Shown here in pieces: positions 25,565 through 28,266 of a stretch of DNA of 28,266 bases. The notes below the pieces were generated by a model. The model saw only the letters and a list, made by a program, of their open reading frames with translations, did not search any database and had not been told where the DNA came from. Positions within the stretch are counted from its first letter, which is position 1; every line of letters starts with the position of its first letter. Location: NCBI GenBank assembly GCA_043800545.1, contig JAZDMW010000005.1, forward strand, positions 1-28,266, in the 5' to 3' direction. The stretch comes from Candidatus Magasanikiibacteriota bacterium. GTDB lineage: Bacteria > Patescibacteriota > Patescibacteriia > Magasanikbacterales > UBA922. A program made the position numbers and the translations under genes.

Positions 25565-25632
25565 AAATTCGTATTAATATTCATTCTATGATTCATAATA
25601 CCCTAAAATGAGCAAAAAAACAAGGGTTACCC

Positions 25633-25660
25633 TTGACAAAACCCAAAAATATGATATGAT
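25633..25660 (+). promoter_or_regulatory. Promoter of the receiver-domain gene
   Basis: TTGACA - 16 nt - TATGAT with TG; palindrome CAAGGGT-T-ACCCTTG at 25621-25635 overlaps the -35. Confidence 0.6.
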
Positions 25661-25688
25661 GAGAAAACTCACCCACAAAAAGGATACC

Positions 25689-26063
25689 ATGAAAATCCTC
25701 GTAGTAGAAGACGACAGATCCCTCCAATTAGCACTCAAAAAGATGATAGAACGATGTATTCCTGGCTGTCATGTGGAATGTGCAGAAAGTGCAAAAACGG
25801 CACTGACGCTGATTCACAAGGAGTTTGATCTTATTCTCACAGACATGAACCTGGGATATGGGGTTATGTCTGGATGGGAACTTGGTCGAACCCTTCGCAA
25901 ACAAGGCGTCAAATGCTTAATTGCATATATGTCTGGGAGCCCTCTGGCAGACCAACCGGGCGAAGTTCAAGATGATGTTGCTCTCGGAAGAGTGCAAGGA
26001 TTCTTCGAAAAGTCAAACCCGAGAAAGATGATCGAAGGAATCCTCCACCTCCTCCCCACATGA
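25689..26063 (+). CDS. Stand-alone response regulator receiver domain (CheY-like, 124 aa)
   Basis: MKILVVEDD, DLILTDM (phosphoacceptor Asp), MSG, FFEK. Start set at 25689 because the longer ORF spans the promoter. Confidence 0.85.
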   Translation: MKILVVEDDRSLQLALKKMIERCIPGCHVECAESAKTALTLIHKEFDLILTDMNLGYGVMSGWELGRTLRKQGVKCLIAYMSGSPLADQPGEVQDDVALGRVQGFFEKSNPRKMIEGILHLLPT

Positions 26064-26087
26064 AAAACCCCACACTTGTGGGGTTTT
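26064..26087. terminator. Bidirectional terminator
   Basis: AAAACCCCAC-ACTT-GTGGGGTTTT between convergent genes. Confidence 0.8.
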
Positions 26088-26092
26088 CCATT

Positions 26093-26896
26093 TTATGGCT
26101 TTTTGAGAATATCCGCTATGTCCATTGATTCCATAATAATCGTTCTATGGAGTTGCATGGGATCATTTTTCTTTTGTGTATGTTTTCTTTTTATGGTAAA
26201 TCCCCCTTTGTACCCAACTTCTTTTGCAATACGCATTACACGTTCATCATACAAACCAAAAGGATACGCAATAAATTCTACTGGTTTTTGTGTAATTTCT
26301 TCAAGAATTTTTTTGCTTCTTTCCAATTCTCTTTTTATTTCTGTATCACTTATTCTTGTTAAATAGGCATGATACTCTGTATGTGATTGAAATTCTACAA
26401 GTCCACTTTTTTCCATTTCTTGTATTTCTTCTGTACTCAACCACAAATTTCCTTTTACTCCACTCATGATATGCATCACTGCTTTCATATTATATTTTTT
26501 GAGCAATGGATATACATTTGTATAAAAAGTTTTTGAACCATCATCAAAAGTGAGTAGAATAGAATTCTCAGGAAGTTTTTCTTCTTCCATGTATTGCAAA
26601 AGGTCACTGGCAAATAGTGTATTGTAATTCTTCTCTTGTAAATATTCTAAAATACTTTCAAACTTGTTTTTTGAAACATACCAATTTTTTGTTTCCTCAC
26701 TCGCTCCTCGAGGAGACTCCCCCACATGATGGAAACACAAAATAGGGAGATAAAATTCTTCTTCAATTTGAACAAAATTCATTTTTTCTTCTCCTTTATT
26801 TTTCTCAGCTTCCATACTCTCTCTCTGTGAACAACCAAAAGAGAACAAAAGAAAAAATAAAATGAAGAAGGAAAAAAAATACTTAGACATGCACAT
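26093..26896 (-). CDS. Polysaccharide deacetylase (NodB/CE4) with lipoprotein-like signal
   Basis: PILCFHH, LTFDDG, FQSHTEYH, IAYPFG; hydrophobic N-terminus ending FSFGC. Confidence 0.88.
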   Translation of the reverse strand: MCMSKYFFSFFILFFLLFSFGCSQRESMEAEKNKGEEKMNFVQIEEEFYLPILCFHHVGESPRGASEETKNWYVSKNKFESILEYLQEKNYNTLFASDLLQYMEEEKLPENSILLTFDDGSKTFYTNVYPLLKKYNMKAVMHIMSGVKGNLWLSTEEIQEMEKSGLVEFQSHTEYHAYLTRISDTEIKRELERSKKILEEITQKPVEFIAYPFGLYDERVMRIAKEVGYKGGFTIKRKHTQKKNDPMQLHRTIIMESMDIADILKKP

Positions 26897-27299
26897 CTAT
26901 TTTTTGAATAAGTTCTTTTATACTTTGATCTCCTACTGGATAATCCTGTGTTAAAAATTCTTTTCTTGAAACCCAAGCATATTTATCCACATCATCCTCA
27001 AAATTCTGGGTAATATCTACATTCCCCCGGATAATCGTACAACGAAATGTAGAACATACTACCTGATACTTTTGTTCTTCATGATAAAACCACCAAAGAC
27101 CCAAAGGTTGGTGGATTTCAATATCAAGCGTTGTTTCCTCCTTTACCTCACGTTTCAGAGCCTCATGAGGAGATTCACCATATTCAATCATACCTCCAGG
27201 TAAATCCCACAATTCTTTTCCGTTTAAAACATGACGTATCGCAAGAAACCTTCCATTTTGTTCTATATATGCCTTTACTGCAGGTCGAACATCCTTCAT
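26883..27299 (-). CDS. NUDIX hydrolase
   Basis: Nudix box LPGGMIEYGESPHEALKREVKEET. Confidence 0.9.
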   Translation of the reverse strand: MKDVRPAVKAYIEQNGRFLAIRHVLNGKELWDLPGGMIEYGESPHEALKREVKEETTLDIEIHQPLGLWWFYHEEQKYQVVCSTFRCTIIRGNVDITQNFEDDVDKYAWVSRKEFLTQDYPVGDQSIKELIQKIDVHV

Positions 27300-27307
27300 A
27301 ATTATTC

Positions 27308-28266
27308 CTAGAAAAGATTCATAATATTATAGAAAGTACCAATCGCAACGGCAAACGCTATAAGAGCCACAAAAAACCAACCATGCTTCACAATACTTCG
27401 TCCGTGAATATGTCCTTTGACTTTTGCCTTCCAATAAATAAGTAATAATAAAAATACTTCTAAACTAATAAATACCCCACCAACCAAATCAATAGCATCC
27501 ATAAAACTTCGGAGTCCTCCAATATATATTATTAAAGGCACAATGGCAACAAGCGCTGTTGCTGGAAATGTTTTTATTTTATAATCCCAACAAAATGAAT
27601 CTCTGAGAGAAAGCCCAGTCATCAGAAAAGCCGTTGACATGGCAAGGAGTGCAAATACATTTCCAAACAGAAAAACTCTCTGACCAACAACTTCTCCAAG
27701 TCCAAAGGTAGCAATTTCTGTAGTCCCAATACCCGTTACCCCAACAACAACCAAGGAAAAAAGTACATATAATACCATGGTACTCATTCCTCCAAAGAGA
27801 AGAGCATGTTTGAACCCTTCTTTTTTGTGAGACAAAATACTGTACACTTCAGGTACTGCGGTAGTACCATGGAATGCAAAAAGAATAACCCCGTACGGTA
27901 ATAAAAACTGAGAAAGATCTACATACGTAATTTGTGGAAATTGCATATATGGAACGCTGAGAAGCGTCAAAACAAGGACAATACCTAAAATAAGGAACGT
28001 TAAAAAAAGTTCTATGACCTTCACTGTACGAATACCAATATATATAAGAAGTATTCCCAAGCAGAAAAATCCAACACTCCAGTTGAATACCTCACCTCCA
28101 AAAAAACGAGCCAATATTTCTCCCACACCAATCATATATACCACCAAAACACCAAAGAGGACACTATACATGACCACAGCCATACAAAATTCTCCCCATC
28201 TTCCCAAATATTTTTTTGCTAGACCTACTAACTGAAATTTTTCATTGGATGCCGAGACAACATCTC
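27308..28266 (-). CDS. Amino-acid permease (aromatic amino acid/HAAAP-like); 5' end beyond the right edge
   Basis: Frame stays open to the edge (…DVVSASNEKFQLVGLAKKYLGRWG…); PYGVILFAFHGTTAVPE, LAMSTAFL; many TM helices. Confidence 0.85.
   Translation of the reverse strand, partial: DVVSASNEKFQLVGLAKKYLGRWGEFCMAVVMYSVLFGVLVVYMIGVGEILARFFGGEVFNWSVGFFCLGILLIYIGIRTVKVIELFLTFLILGIVLVLTLLSVPYMQFPQITYVDLSQFLLPYGVILFAFHGTTAVPEVYSILSHKKEGFKHALLFGGMSTMVLYVLFSLVVVGVTGIGTTEIATFGLGEVVGQRVFLFGNVFALLAMSTAFLMTGLSLRDSFCWDYKIKTFPATALVAIVPLIIYIGGLRSFMDAIDLVGGVFISLEVFLLLLIYWKAKVKGHIHGRSIVKHGWFFVALIAFAVAIGTFYNIMNLF

Noticed and set aside
25728-25736. Canonical CIRCE half-site TTAGCACTC
   Set aside because: Inside a CDS, with no matching second half.

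Overview
AT-rich bacterial chromosomal segment. Gene content and style (short HrcA, short RelA/SpoT, Shine-Dalgarno-poor core genes) suggest a Patescibacteria/CPR genome; this is inference, not a search result. Core genes, left to right: recG (5' part, runs off the left edge), tRNA-Arg(GCG), LCP, der, pth, dprA, topA, a short RSH, a heat-shock operon (hrcA-grpE-hsp20-dnaK-orf-dnaJ) with a variant CIRCE, a YidC-like/SPFH pair, CCA-adding enzyme, gpsA, uppP, polysaccharide deacetylase, NUDIX and a truncated amino-acid permease. Interspersed are GC-rich small genes (sampled 60-nt lines 50-60% GC versus 27-32% in core genes). Most carry their own near-consensus sigma70 promoter, SD and/or terminator; they cluster between recG and tRNA-Arg, with single examples at 20.1 kb and 25.7 kb. 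The strongest novel candidate is a 104-nt tRNA-like RNA at 22072-22175 with an intact tRNA elbow but a 5-nt anticodon loop and a 39-nt variable arm, with its own promoter and terminator, convergent on the CCA-adding enzyme gene. No integrase, transposase, CRISPR array or rRNA was seen. All RNA structures were folded by eye and no database searches were run.
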